A stretch of DNA of 63,710 bases, filler included, from Craspedostauros australis (GCA_030167865.1; 19 parts of 19 records of this genome joined end to end with filler, not necessarily neighbours in it), one strand, 5' to 3'; counted from the first letter of the whole stretch, positions 21,632 through 35,198 are shown. Numbers and translations: made by a program. The notes: a model not told the origin generated them from the letters alone.

Positions 21632-22919
21632 ATGACAGCATACAACAACACGACGGCACTCATCGCACTCACGCTGCTGTGTCTGTGCAACTCCATCACA
21701 AACTGCCAAGCGTGGGTGACACACAACACNNNNNNNNNNNNNNNNNNNNNNNNNNNNNNNNNNNNNNNNNNNNNNNNNNNNNNNNNNNNNNNNNNNNNNN
21801 NNNNNNNNNNNNNNNNNNNNNNNNNNNNNNNNCCAGGCTTCGCAACCGCAGCCAGCGACTACGTCGATGACCTTGTTCCCAACATCGCACAGCAAGCCAT
21901 CGACGCTGGATGGTGGAGCAACGACAATGACAACGATATGACCAACGCAATGGATCACCTCCACGTCCTGCCACTCCAGCGACATGATTGGGCACAGACC
22001 ATCGCATTCGGCATGTGCGATCTCGACTTCATGACCTTCAAGGCACCAGCAACCAAGTGGGCGTACCGATGGTACCTTCAGAAGGTGGCNAANGAGGTCA
22101 AGAGAATCCAGNATGTCGCCAANGAGGAAGGCACNACCGCCAAGATCATCCTGGTGGGACACTCCGCCGGTGGCTGGCTCGCAAGGTGAGTTTGGTGCGG
22201 CTTTGCTCCTGTGCGACTGCTCCTGTGCATGCTTCAACCCTCCACTCTGCTCTATTCCATTCATTTCACTCACATTATCAACACTCGCGTTCTCCCTCCA
22301 TGCATCATTCATCATTCGCCTCCTTCCAATAAACAGAGCCGCTGTCGGATATGGAATGGATGATACCAACGGCAAGGATCTGGAGATTGACATCGACAGT
22401 ATTCTGGGAATCGTCACGCTCGGGTCTCCCCACATCCCATGCCCCAAGGGCTCCGTCGACATCACCGGCGGTGCACTCCGTATCGTTCACGACACCTTCC
22501 CAGGTGCCTTCTTCAATGACCGTCTCTTCTACGTGTCTGCTGCCGGATCTGCATTGAATGTGGAGCAGCAGCAAGCGCACATCCCTTCCCCACACACCAT
22601 CACCTCACAGCCAGATGCTGATCACATGCTTGCGTACCAATCGTACAAGTTGCTGTCTGGTCAAGGACACCAGGACGGTGATGGCATCGTCCCTGTGCCG
22701 CTTGCGCACCTGGAGGGTTCCAATCTCCAGATCACATTGGACAACGTGTACCACACCTCCATGCTGCAGAACCAGCATCAGCATCAACATGAGCACGATC
22801 AGCGGGCATCTCACGCATCTGAAGCCTCGGAATCGAGATGGTACGGATCGAAGGACATCGTCCAGCAATGGTTCAGTCCTGTTCTGCACAAGGTGCTGCC
22901 AGCCATGATGGTTCAGTAG
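21632..22919 (+). CDS. PGAP1-like alpha/beta hydrolase (lipase/esterase), exons 21632-22185 and 22337-22919
   Basis: Signal peptide, GHSAGG nucleophile elbow, GTGAG...AACAG intron restoring GGWLARAAVG, then VTLGSPH, GDGIVP and VYH. Confidence 0.85.
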
Positions 22920-24693
22920 CTTGCTTTCCTGTGCTTAGACTTGAAGTCGCAGATGCGGTTGCAGCCAATCGCCGAACGAGTACGCAACCACGAATGTCAT
23001 CTGCAGTACCTGCACTGCCCGTCTGCACACGGACACCCAATTTTCACCATACACAAACATATAATACAATAGAATACCCTACAATAGATTACCAAACAAG
23101 AGAATACCATGAGTGTACGAATGATAATGGCCGATGCGTCCACCGCGCTCATGGGGACGGCAGAGATCCTGATTTGACACCATTCCGTTTTGGCCAATTC
23201 TACGATCACACAGGAATGCTCAACTCAACTCCATCGTTGCATCTGTTGATTCGAAGCTGGATGCTGTCTCGCTTACTGTCTTGGTAGCGCATAATACTTC
23301 AGCTTGATGGGTGCCTTCGAACATGCTTCATCCAGTGGTTCAATGATGTTGCTCGGATGAAATACGCACAAGAGAGAGGAGTTGGAGACGCGGTTTGATG
23401 GTTGTGACGGATCTTTGTGGATACCATTATCGACTCATTTGAATGGATCACACGCTTCGATCGTGGAAGGTAGGGACTCATTTGGACACGACCAAACAAG
23501 AACAAAAATGGCGAACCACATCACCAAATTTGTGGTTTCTCTTCTTGTTCGCCAGAATGGCAGACACGAGACGAGACAAAGGCTACGGCGGTGGGACGGC
23601 ATGAAGAGGAATGGACATGGTCGTGTGGTGTGGTGTGGGACGAGGATGGCAGATGAAGGCGGAATGAAGTACCACTGCTATTGATGACCACATGGCAATG
23701 ATGACGACAGAGATCCATCCGCGGAGTGAAGAAACAAGAGATGAGGCATGAACGGAACCGAGCATGACAGGACATGACGAGACGTGACGACAAGCGACGG
23801 CCATGATCAAGAGAAGGTGATGCGAGACAGAGAGATGGAGAAACGCAGAACACACCATTGCTCCTGCAAGCATGCCAGCAACGCATTCAACAATCTCATG
23901 ACGACTCCATCATCACGAATGAAGTCACGATGATCAAGATGATCACGTTGTGAACGTCCACAGACACAGCTCATGCCACCATGGTCAGCGGTATCATCAA
24001 TATCAGCTATTGCACCACAAGGATCGATGGTCGGGGCAGCATCGCAGGATGTGGCCGGCAACCGGCGTCGCAGAGTCAAGAAGCCCGAGGATGCGCAACA
24101 CAAACCAGACATGCTGATCCTCGGCAATACTTCAGCAACCGCGGTTGCTCGATATGCTCCAGAGCAGAATANAACACAGCTGCACGAAGCGGAGAAGCGC
24201 TTCAAGCGTGTCTGCGCATCGAGGATGTTGAGCATCCATGGATGGAAGATGCTTCCACATGGCCAGCTCACAGTTGCCAACGCCAGCATTCGTACTCGGC
24301 ACTTCATCAAGTGTCATGGATTGGAAAACACACACACAGATCAGGAATTCGGAAAGCAACGATTGCCGTCGTTGATGAATCCAGCACCAGTTCTATCATG
24401 GAGGAGAGCATTGCATGCCAGGCGACGATGAAGGAGAGGATTGACGAAAATGACCAACATCTTCCCCGCAATCTACATCCGATGGAGATGANNNNNNNNN
24501 NNNNNNNNNNNNNNNNNNNNNNNNNNNNNNNNNNNTTAATTAATTAANNNNNNNNNNNNNNNNNNNNNNNNNNNNNNNNNNNNNNNNNNNNGTGGGTTGT
24601 ACCGTTACGGTCACTCATTCCTGCTTGTGCGACCGTGACAATTCCAACGCATCACAACGCATCATAGCGCATCACAACGCAAAGAGAAGCAAC

Positions 24694-25871
24694 ATGGCGG
24701 ACGATTCCTACGCCTCGTTGGAGGATGTGGACAGCAAGTCCCCCAAACTTTGTCTCCAAGGCCAACGAGATGTGCCTCAACACGCTCGGCGATCGCACCA
24801 AGTCCAAGACCAGATCCTAAAAGTGCGTCGTCGACGTCCTTGAGGCGGATGACGACATACCCTTCGTCAGCAAGATGGGGACAGATGTAGCAGGCAATGA
24901 CATGCTCTTCAATCTGTGGAAGGATTCCAAGGTACGTACAATGTGCAATACACTGCACGAATGAGCTGAAGAAGCTCTGCAAGTATTCCATGGTATGCAT
25001 CGCGCTCCTCACACACAGAACAACATTGCATTCTATTCTCACATATTATTCTCATATTCTGTTGTCTTCCTTCACTGTTCGCGTCATCCTTCCAACCAAC
25101 AATCCTGCATCCACATCGACATTGTTCACACTCCAAACACTGCAGAATCGAAAAAGGCATCTGGTGCAAAACGACGTTGGCATCGTAACAGACCAGCAAC
25201 CCCAAATGGATCAAGGCGCTGGATCTGGACAACCCTGCCAGAAAGGAGAAGATGCCATGGACATGGAAGGGAAGTTGGGTGCTGCCCAGAGCGAGAGATC
25301 CAATGTCGCAAGACGGCAAGCTCATCACCCGTGCACTTCTCAGATTGTCGCGGGGCAGCACGGACTCCGTCGTCGTTAGGGAATTCGATCTCGCCAAATC
25401 CGCATTCGTCACCGACAGGCCATTCTCAATACCAGAGGATAAGACCAGAGCCTGCTACAAAACAAGGAACATCCTCCTGNNNNNNNNNNNNNNNNNNNNN
25501 NNNNNNNNNNNNNNNNNNNNNNNNNNNNNNNNNNNNNNNNNNNNNNNNNNNNNNNNNNNNNNNNNNNNNNNNNNNNNNNNNNNNNNNNNNNNNNNNNNNN
25601 NNNNNNNNNNNNNNNNNNACGTTGACGATCAGAGGGTGCGCGGCAGGGGCATTTACGAAATCCGCACGAGAGCCATCACCCACCAGACCACCGAATTCTG
25701 GATATGGAAGGTCAAGTACAAGCACATGCTGCCGCCCAGACAACATACCAGAATCGAGACAGGAGATCCGCCGGATTTCAAACCCTGGCTTGCACCAGAA
25801 GATTCGGATATCGATTTCGGTGGCACCGTTCTCATGATCCCTTTGCAATCCAACTGGTCACCTGAGGGTGC
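24694..25871 (+). pseudogene. Prolyl oligopeptidase (S9A) N-terminal/beta-propeller fragment, frameshifted
   Basis: MADDSYASLEDVDS resembles the DPY.WLE.v start, and WTWKGS...RALLRLSRGSTDSVVVREFDL resembles the L..LSrGGaDA..vREFDL motif. Pieces lie in different frames. Confidence 0.7.
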
Positions 25872-27810
25872 NNNNNNNNNNNNNNNNNNNNNNNNNNNNN
25901 NNNNNNNNNNNNNNNTTAATTAATTAANNNNNNNNNNNNNNNNNNNNNNNNNNNNNNNNNNNNNNNNNNNNGATTTCGCGCCAAAACAAGAATTTCTCCC
26001 ATCGGGTTGATACCGTGTTCGGTAATAGTCTGTCCCTCATTGAATCTCAACTCCTTCCATAGATGGCTTGATCCTGGTAAGGTTGTCATGGAGCATGTTT
26101 GTCAAGGTTTGTGTAGGGCTCTCAGCAGCACCTGGACTCGTTGTGCCATCTTCATCGTCATCTTCATCATGTGTATGACCCGTGTGAGCGAAAAGCGGTG
26201 CGGTCCATCCAGAATGCATTTTGGCCCAAGCTTGTACGGCCCCTCATAAAAATCAAAACCTACATTTATATACTTTATCATGCTGGTAACATCATTCAGG
26301 TGTTAGATGGTGAGTCCAGGCCTTAGTTATAAAATTATACGGGTGGCAGTTTACTGTTTTAGAGGCAAAATACGGTGCAAGCGGACAGACGTTTCCTTTT
26401 TTGGTGATCATGTCACGACACGTGGAACCCATTTCTATCTGATTTTCGCTTTCTTTGTGTTTTGCTTGGTGGGAAGCTTGATTTGGGACAATTCCGAGTG
26501 CCAATGTGAACGTTACGGACGTTAATTGGAGTCGAGCCTGCGATGACGTCGTGCTTGTTTTCGTTAAGTACGGTGTGATGTCACATGTTCCGTGGTGCTT
26601 GACATCGCCAAAGTTGCGTGTGGTTGGACAGACGTTCGAATTGACGTCTTCATTCCACCTGGTTCAGATCAGAGCTGATTTTCGCGTGTGTTTTGGTTGC
26701 AGAAGCGTAGCGTTTGCCAATCCATTTCGAAGTGTGTGTTTGCGACACTGGTCGCGGGAGTGCGAATGCAATCGACGGTATTTGAAGTTTGTATGCTCTG
26801 CCGCGGCTATGTATTGTGGGCACTCTGAAAACATAATGACGACATTCTTTTGTTCCGGTTCGATTCTCGCTTTCTCTTCCTTTTTTGCACCGCACGTTTT
26901 TGCTGAGTGATCTCGTATCATACTCTTCTACATTCGTCACAACATCGTGTGCACTGCATGCTCGACTCGCACCCTACTATTCCACTCTGCGTGATTTTGA
27001 TTTTCTGTGTAGAATAGATCTGGATTGTTTGCCAACTGTTATCTTGCCGTACTAACATAGCACACACATTCACCTGCGCTGCTGAATGGGAACGAGTATG
27101 ATTTTTTCGTGGATTCTTGTTCCTGTGTAGTTTGTGCATGTCCAAGCGATTGCCGACCCCTCTGACTAAGTCACGTTGTGATCATTCATGTCAACAAACG
27201 ACGCAGACCGTACGCATCACCACATCCAACATCACACACTTGCAAGCACAAACGTCAACACATTCACCCAAACGCCCAAACACGCTCAGAAGGGCACTCC
27301 GAACTCCCAATTGTGAGTAAACCCAAGAGAGAACCAACTGAAGGAAATGCTGATGTCCCAAACTACTCTGCTCTCCCACCACTATCTGAATGGTGTCTGA
27401 ATATATCTGCCTACCAACACTTACACTCGGGGGTTACCCGTGGCCACCTGGGCGTCCAGGGGCTGGAAAACGCCATTCCCTTCCCTCTCAGCAGAGACAA
27501 TTTCATTGCAGCTCCATCGCAACTCCAACAGCGATCCCTTCAGGGCAATACCCACCATACCCACGAATCCACCCATCAAGCGTAGAGACAGCCTACCCAT
27601 CAACACCAAAAACCAAATTCAGGAGCCAACCACAAGCAACCAACAAAGAGTGAATGTCCAGAATACAGAAGCTAGCAAGACAATGATCCAAACCAGGATG
27701 ATAACAGAGGCAGCCAGAACTGTATCCATGGCTGTCTTTCCCCACCTTGACCAGGACAACTCATGTGCCCAACTCACATACATTCTCAAACATGGCCAAC
27801 AAGCTTCTCC

Positions 27811-27891
27811 TGTTGGCAAGTTCCGCGCACGGTAACCTACGATCGTGGAAGATGGTGTTGGTTGATAGTCTTCTGTTTGCTATTTCATTAG
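27811..27891 (-). mobile_element. LTR family B 3' terminus
   Basis: tgttggcaagttccgc... matches 8029-8108. Confidence 0.85.
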
Positions 27892-27993
27892 NNNNNNNNN
27901 NNNNNNNNNNNNNNNNNNNNNNNNNNNNNNNNNNNTTAATTAATTAANNNNNNNNNNNNNNNNNNNNNNNNNNNNNNNNNNNNNNNNNNNNCA

Positions 27994-29112
27994 GCGAGTT
28001 CATCAAGACACACACCGACTGGGTTGATCCAAAGGGCAAGAACTACCTCCGCCGCAACCTCGCAAACAACTTCAAGAGCTGTGTCAATCGCTTCAACAAG
28101 CATCAGTCTCGGCGAGAACGTAAGTGCCAACAGTGATGAGATGAATGATGGCATCATTTGTGTGGTGANNNNNNNNNNNNNNNNNNNNNNNNNNNNNNNN
28201 NNNNNCTTGCGGTGTGAATTTTGTGGCGGCCACTCACATCCCTCCTGCTTCTCTTTCTCAGCCTTTGAGAAGACATTCCGACAACGTCTGGGATTGCCAG
28301 GAACACCCGAACGCAATCGAGACGTTCCGGGACTCGATCAGCTCTCCCTCCAGCCAGGAAGCGACAGCAGTCCTCCACGTGGAAACGAACAGAACAACAA
28401 CAACAACACGGAAAATCAAAGCAACAACAACGCACCATCCGCCAACGCCAACGAAAGCAGTGAAGACGAAGACTTCGAACTTGGCGACGACAACGACGAT
28501 CAATCATTGATCACAACAGAGTCGTACGACACCATCGAAAGCGAGGACGGCCGCCCCCACCAAGACAACATCCCTGCCATCACTCAAGACGCCAGTCCAG
28601 TCGCCCGCCTGCCATTCGCTTCCAACGAGCGCATCGACAGCAGTGGCGAAGACGACGACGAGTACACGCTCGAGACCATCGAATCGAGCGACGGAGTCGA
28701 GGTCATTGCTACATCGGCACCACCTCCTCGTGTCCTCTTCACAGAGCTCCCTCTCCAATCCAAGCCCACAACGAGCACACAAGACACCAAGATGCCTGCA
28801 CAAAAGGCCGCCCCAAAGAAGCCCGCCGAGAACAGCGACACGAATCTGGCTGTGTCTCAGAAGGTTCAGAGCTGCGGTGGGAAGATCTCAACTGAGATCC
28901 CTGGATTGCATTTCATCCCAATCCAGGTTCCAGATCCCAACTCTTCTGCAACCCACGCAAGCATGCGAACTGGATANNNNGTGTACTTCGAGGTTCCTTT
29001 TGGAGTGACAATGGATTCTGTCGAATTCAAGATTGTTGATGAGAGCACCATCAGCGTCAGCTACGCCAAAAACGTGCGCAACTACAACACCAAATACAGG
29101 GTGACGGAGTAG
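27994..29112 (+). CDS. Hypothetical protein, 5'-truncated: Cys/His finger fragment, acidic low-complexity linker, beta-rich C-terminal part
   Basis: Long open frame with coding-like codon use and a CEFCGGHSHPSC motif. The frame stays open after TAG 29110-29112 to the scaffold end, so the stop may be a lesion. Confidence 0.5.
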   Translation, partial: ASSSRHTPTGLIQRARTTSAATSQTTSRAVSIASTSISLGENVSANSDEMNDGIICVVXXXXXXXXXXXXXLRCEFCGGHSHPSCFSFSAFEKTFRQRLGLPGTPERNRDVPGLDQLSLQPGSDSSPPRGNEQNNNNNTENQSNNNAPSANANESSEDEDFELGDDNDDQSLITTESYDTIESEDGRPHQDNIPAITQDASPVARLPFASNERIDSSGEDDDEYTLETIESSDGVEVIATSAPPPRVLFTELPLQSKPTTSTQDTKMPAQKAAPKKPAENSDTNLAVSQKVQSCGGKISTEIPGLHFIPIQVPDPNSSATHASMRTGXXVYFEVPFGVTMDSVEFKIVDESTISVSYAKNVRNYNTKYRVTE

Positions 29113-29294
29113 CACCTCCAGGTTGGGAATCTGGACCCCCAGATCCAAAGCTACTTTGACATCTTCTGGGGCCACTTCAAGGCTGAGCATGACANNNNNN
29201 NNNNNNNNNNNNNNNNNNNNNNNNNNNNNNNNNNNNNNTTAATTAATTAANNNNNNNNNNNNNNNNNNNNNNNNNNNNNNNNNNNNNNNNNNNN

Positions 29295-29545
29295 GAGATT
29301 CTCTCGGTACCATTGATGGATGGACGGACGATATTTCCAATTCTCTCAGAAATCGTCGATTGCAGATTTCCTCCAGAAATTCTGCTCATTTTCGTGTGTT
29401 CCATTTCCNNNNNNNNNNNNNNNNNNNNNNNNNNNNNNNNNACACGAGTGTAGTTATACCGTCCAAGTGCGTATGAGAGAATAGCGGGTGAACGATGCAC
29501 ATATACACGTACATCTCGACATATATTCACATGTACATCTCGACA
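29295..29545 (-). mobile_element. LTR family B 5' portion
   Basis: Reverse complement of about 8379-8620. Homology ends exactly at ...atctcgaca. Confidence 0.85.
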
Positions 29546-31074
29546 GCTGTGTGGTTTGCACAGATCCTCACGAACAATGTACATGTGCCCTCTGGACATC
29601 ACTGGGGGCACCATGACCATTGCCACCTCTCCTGGTGCGAGAGGTCCATCACGTTTGATGGTAGCGCCCTCAACATTCAGCTTCATCAGCGACTGGACAT
29701 GGCACACACCAAGGTCATGAACCCTGCCACGTGAGTCCGTGTGGGATGTCACCTTCACATAGTCACCAGCGAGCATCATGCTTGCGAGCTGAAGAGTACA
29801 GTGATTGCAGGATGATGTGTACTGTGTTGATGGAGGCTGCAGTTAAGTTGAAAGGCGCGTCGCAACACACACCAGAAACACGAGGACAGCAACGCAGCGC
29901 ACTGCATCATCAGCCATCGAAGCACAGCACAGCGCAGTGCATCACAGGGGTCATGGGCAACATTGGAGGAGAGTCACAAGGTGCATTGTATTATCCACTC
30001 TCTCCCATGTGGGAGGGTCACAGTCATTCTACATTGTTGTACAAGCTATAACTGCAAGCAGCAGAGAATCAAGAGCAGCTGGTTCGAGATGCGCAGTGTT
30101 TCCGTTGTCCACTTTGTGAGGAGAGTTTTGGTGTTGTGGAATGGAGTCGCAATTCGGGACTCGCAAAGTGTTCCCATTGATGGGCGCATTCGGTAAAATT
30201 GTGGTTAATCCCCCTGCCCCCCAACAGCAAAAACTGAATGAGAACACCAAACACAACACAACAACACGACAATGGAGAAACACAACAAAACTCCTCAAGC
30301 GCTGTCGAACGGCATCATCGGCACTGCGGCAACCAGCGGCCCAGTGCAAGATCTGAGCGCATTGGCGGAACCGCCATGGAAAAATTGGTGGATGAGCAAG
30401 AGGGGTCTGTCAGAGTGGTTTGATTTGGGACCGTGGCAGGCCCACGCGCAAACAACACGATTCGGAGGAGAATCCGCTGGTTGGATATGGTCTCCGCCTG
30501 GAATGCACAGGCCATCCCAACGACTAGTGATGGGCAAGACGCATCCAGGAGGATGGTATGAAGGTGCCCACGAAGTTTGAGGGTCGGGGGTGGCCTGGAA
30601 GGTTCCCTCCGCAAGAAACAAGTGGAGGGCAAGAGTGTTTTGGTGTGTGGCAGCGGACACATCACGTGACTTCGCTGGTGATGGGTGCCATTGACAAGTC
30701 ACCCAGATCGCCAAGGTACCCATTTCAGATGTGTTCGGAATCAAATCAGGAACAAGGATATGGAAGAAATTCCGAGTTGGATTGTCTGGAAGAGGCTGCA
30801 AGGTGGGATGCGCACAAAAGGGTTTGTTTGGGGTGTCGCAAAAACTCCATGGTGGCATCATCACATGGAGATGTAACTTTGGAGGTATGTACTCCCAACC
30901 CATTCTGAACACATCAGTGTGTCGCCAGAGAATGTGGGAACGCATGAGGGGCATGTGGAGGAGCTGCAAGGATCNNNNNNNNNNNNNNNNNNNNNNNNNN
31001 NNNNNNNNNNNNNNNNNNTTAATTAATTAANNNNNNNNNNNNNNNNNNNNNNNNNNNNNNNNNNNNNNNNNNNN

Positions 31075-32247
31075 CAACACGGGAAACCGAAAATGAGGAA
31101 TTCCCGATGAAACCAGCACTGGTTGAGAAATACCAGAAAAAGGACAAATCGTTGCAACAAACAATTAAAATTAGTCCGGATGAAAAATACCAGACCAAAA
31201 GAGGTCGAAGGAGTCCAACTTGTACACTACAAGGGCAAGATATTCGCGCCAACAGAATTGCGCGCAAAAATAACCGATCGGTACCACCATTACCTTGTAC
31301 ACCCCGGGCNAACCCGGATGGAGGCAACCATTAGACAATTGTTCTACTGGCCAGGATTGAAAGCAGACATCGCTGACCGCTGCAAATCCTGTAAACAATG
31401 CCAACTCTCTAAGAAGAACCGAAAGAAGTATGGTCACTTACCAGCAAAACAAGCTGAAGTAAACCCATGAAAAAGAGTCAATGTCGACCTCATTGGGCCA
31501 TGCACGATCACCACTCCATCTAAAAAGAAGCGCGAGATGAGAGCAATAATAGTGATTGATCCAGCAACTGGACGGTTCAGAATTGCCGCAATTGGCAAAC
31601 CAAACAATGATGAAACCTAAAAGGCCTTTGATAGCCAATGGCTCGCATATTACCCACGAACCAGCCAATGCGGGTTCGATAATGGAAGCGAGTTCAAACT
31701 CCTGCTCTCTACGATGTGCGATATCTTCAAAATCAAGAAGAAAATCACAAGTAGCTACAACCCACATGGGAACGCCATCATAGAGCGAATTCATTAAGTA
31801 TTGGGCGATGCGTTCCGCACGTCCAAACTAGATGCGATGGAATATGAAGGTGAAGAACCTTGGGAGCCCTTCCTGATGGCAGTTGCCTATGCAGTAAGGA
31901 CCACGTACCACACCACACTCCAAGCAACCCTTGGACAATTGGTGTTTGGACGAGACATGCTCCTACCAGTCCGATTCAAAGTCGACTGAGCTCACATCGC
32001 ACAATGTAAACAGGATGCTATCAATCAAGCCAATCAAAGAGAAAACTCTCTCAAAGGATTGCACACCAATACAAAATTGGGGACAAAGTCTTAGTGACTA
32101 AGCCAGACATCCTTCCAAAGATGGCACAGCCATGGGAAGGACCATACACCGTCAAGGACGTTTTTTACGAATGGCACACTCCTATTACAGAAAGGGATAG
32201 TAACCGAATGCATCAACCTGCGTCGGATCACCCCATTCTTCGAGTAG
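31075..32247 (+). pseudogene. Ty3/gypsy integrase remnant
   Basis: H-x4-HPG...YWPGL...CKQCQ zinc motif, VDLIGP, FDNGSEF, YNPHGNAIIERIH and WEGPY. Several stops and frameshifts. Integrase is the last pol domain. Confidence 0.92.
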
Positions 32248-32265
32248 TGACCATCGGGAAGCGAG

Positions 32266-32631
32266 TGCCCTAGACGGCTGGCTAGATAGACTATTGGTGA
32301 CACAAGACCTAGACTTGTGCACAATAGATACTAGTCATCAATAAGTCACCCAAGCAATCACATTGCCAGTCACACCTACGAGTCGTGTTAACAGTCAATC
32401 AAGACTGACGAATCGTGAATCAAAATTGAAATCAGATTAGTCAAGACTCAAACTGAAGTCGGATGAGTCAAGGTTCCAACTAGAAGTCTGATTAGTCAAA
32501 GCTCCAGTTGGAAGAATGATTGGTCAAGATTCAATCGTAAAAATATTTGCATATGAAAAGGAATATCGCCATCCAAACCCTGACCTCCATCCAAAACGAG
32601 AAGTCTAACAGAGAGTGGCGCAGGTTTGGGA
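32266..32631 (+). mobile_element. Probable 3' LTR of the gypsy element with internal ~30-bp degenerate tandem repeats
   Basis: Purine-rich tract gggaagcgag then TG shortly after the integrase stop. Repeated (a/g)gtcaa units at about 32390-32535. Confidence 0.6.
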
Positions 32632-33227
32632 NNNNNNNNNNNNNNNNNNNNNNNNNNNNNNNNNNNNNNNNNNNNTTAATTAATTAANNNNNNNNNNNNN
32701 NNNNNNNNNNNNNNNNNNNNNNNNNNNNNNNTCATGCTCACAGTTCTCAAGAAACCATCTTGTGAGCTCGCCTGCATTCATACTACCATACGAATAATAC
32801 AGTAAACAAACACTCTCCTCACCAACAACAACGACTTGATCACTCTACGTTCTCGGTGCGGTATCNNNNNNNNNNNNNNNNNNNNNNNNNNNNNNNNNNN
32901 NNNNNNNNNNNNNNNNNNNNNNNNNNNNNNNNNNNNNNNNNNNNNNNNNNNNNNNNNNNNNNNNNNNNNNNNNNNNNNNNNNNNNNNNNNNNNNNNNNNN
33001 NNNNNNNNNNNNNNNNNNNNNCCTTCGGCTTTCTCGCATTCGCAGAACGCCCTCCTTTCGGTTCCCCTGCTGAGTTCGGGCCTTCCCACTCAGCCATCCA
33101 AGACTTCCTGCAGTACCCTCCCGCACCAGAAGACGATTCAGTCAGTGCACTCCAGCCTCAGCTATCCTTCAGCTCTCAGCTATTCTTCGCTTCCATCTTC
33201 CATCCGTCCATCCATCCATCGCTCATC

Positions 33228-33965
33228 ATGACGACTGCTGAGACGGACCTCGCCACCCTGGATCACATCCTCGGTGTCATCGGCATCCCTTCCGACTCAA
33301 CTCCTCGCGATATCATCGCTCATGAGGACATCATCAGCCCTCTCGACCTCGTCTCTCTCACCGAGGATGACCTTCGCAGCTTCCATCTCAGTGGCAACAC
33401 CGATGATGGCGAGCCCTTCACCGCATCCCTCGGCATCAACCACATCCGCAAGATTCTGAACCTCGGCAAGTGGTACCTCACTCAGTCCATTCTGGATGAC
33501 GATACCTGGAACGAACTTGATCGCGCTACCTTCATGGCGTTCACGGCTGAGCAGAGCAACCCTTCTCTTCCTTCTTCACGCTCGCATTCGACTGCAAGCA
33601 CACCTGTGCCATCTCCAACTGGCATGGGCATGGGCATGGGCAACCACACCACTCCGGCATCCGCATTCCGTCCTGTGGCCGAAGAACCTCCGCATGTGAA
33701 CTTCGGATTCGATCCTTCGGCTTCGGTGCCTGATCCTGCCTTCCCGCAACCGCCTGTGACTCCATCCATGGCACCCTCTTCAAACTTCCCAGGTGTCCAA
33801 GCCATGGAGCTTCCAGCTGACTACGTCAAGGAGTTCAGCAAGGCAACCAAGCGGGAGAGTCTGTCGCTCCCAACACTGAAAGACGACAAGCACTTCCTCA
33901 CCTTCATGCGGACCTTCGAGACTCTTTCCTTCTCCCATGGACTCAACCACCATCTCGACATGGAT
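33228..33965 (+). mobile_element. Gag N-terminus of a CoDi-like copia element
   Basis: FSKATKRESLSLPTLKDDKHF...HGLNHHLD resembles the F.K.iKRd...yP.LKD.k...H....vLD motif of diatom copia gags. Confidence 0.72.
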
Positions 33966-34067
33966 NNNNNNNNNNNNNNNNNNNNNNNNNNNNNNNNNNN
34001 NNNNNNNNNTTAATTAATTAANNNNNNNNNNNNNNNNNNNNNNNNNNNNNNNNNNNNNNNNNNNNAA

Positions 34068-34781
34068 ATCAACGCTGAGAATAACAAACACGAGACTCCA
34101 CTCCACAAGGCATATTACCACAGGTGCTTCAATGTTGTCGAGTATCTGGTCGCAGCACCAAGTGTCGATTTGAACGTGAAAGACCAGTATGGCAACACCG
34201 TCCTCCATCTCGCAACCGCACATGGGCATCTTGATGTTGTGGAGTGGTTGGTTGAATCCGTCAAGGCCAATATCAACGCTGAGAATAACCGACACGAGAC
34301 TCCACTCGACAAGGCATGTTTCCACAACCGCCTCGATGTTATCAAGTATCTGGTCGCAGCACCCAATGTTGATTTGAACGTAAAAAACAGGGATTATCAA
34401 TGGATACTCCATCGCGCAAGCACATTTGGTCGTCCCGACATTGTGAAGTCGTTAGTTGAACAAGGCAAGGTAGATGTCAACATCAAAGCCAACAGGACTG
34501 GCAATACTGCATTGCACGAAGCGTGCTTCAGTGGTAGATTGGAGGTCGTGAAGTATTTGGTGGAATCGTCCAACGCAGAAATCGACATTCAAAACAAGAA
34601 TGGCAGTACACCACTTTGGGAGGCAAGTGACACTGGGAATTTGGCGGTTGTCAAGTACTTGGTGGAATCGTGCAACGCAGACATCAGCATCAAGAATATC
34701 GATGGGAATACTCCATTGGATATTGCGAGAATTGGGGGCTACGCTAATGTTGTCGACTACTTGACCGCTCTTGCTTGGTGA
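34068..34781 (+). CDS. Ankyrin-repeat protein, 5'-truncated
   Basis: About 7 G.TPLH.A...G...vVkyLv repeats. Internal 204-bp duplication (34068 vs 34272). Confidence 0.93.
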   Translation: MNAENNKHETPLHKAYYHRCFNVVEYLVAAPSVDLNVKDQYGNTVLHLATAHGHLDVVEWLVESVKANINAENNRHETPLDKACFHNRLDVIKYLVAAPNVDLNVKNRDYQWILHRASTFGRPDIVKSLVEQGKVDVNIKANRTGNTALHEACFSGRLEVVKYLVESSNAEIDIQNKNGSTPLWEASDTGNLAVVKYLVESCNADISIKNIDGNTPLDIARIGGYANVVDYLTALAW

Positions 34782-35198
34782 GAGCACAGCTGTAAATTGG
34801 ACAAGAACCAACCACCCACCCGTCAATGGAATCTCGCTTCGCAGCTACCAAGTGCATCACATCCATCGCTGATGTAAATCAGCCGTCACTATTAATGTTC
34901 AGCGGACTACATTTATTGTGCTATGAGAGGATGGTACGTTGTTGTGTGCTCATTGTCGCTTTGTGTTGCAAGGTCATGGTACCTCTCTCCAGCCCATGCA
35001 TTGTGATGTGTTGCGACGTGTTGTGGTAGGTATATGTACGGCATGCGATTGCGCTTTGCCTCCATTGGATGCAAGCGGCGCCATGGTCTGAGATTCATGA
35101 TACATCTCAGACATACCATCGGAGTCGTGATCCATGTGTTGATGCGGCGCACTGCGGTTGCGCCGGATTATCATGTGTAATATCATACATTGACGCGC

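Noticed and set aside
22920..24491. Several 120-190 aa ORFs
   Set aside because: No motifs, with mutually overlapping frames. Probably non-coding or decayed.
26060..27810. Short ORFs and possible transposon remnant
   Set aside because: No termini or domains recognised.
30270..30974. Possible decayed DIRS-like coding remnant
   Set aside because: Only a vague impression, with stops in all plus frames and no RT or tyrosine recombinase motif.
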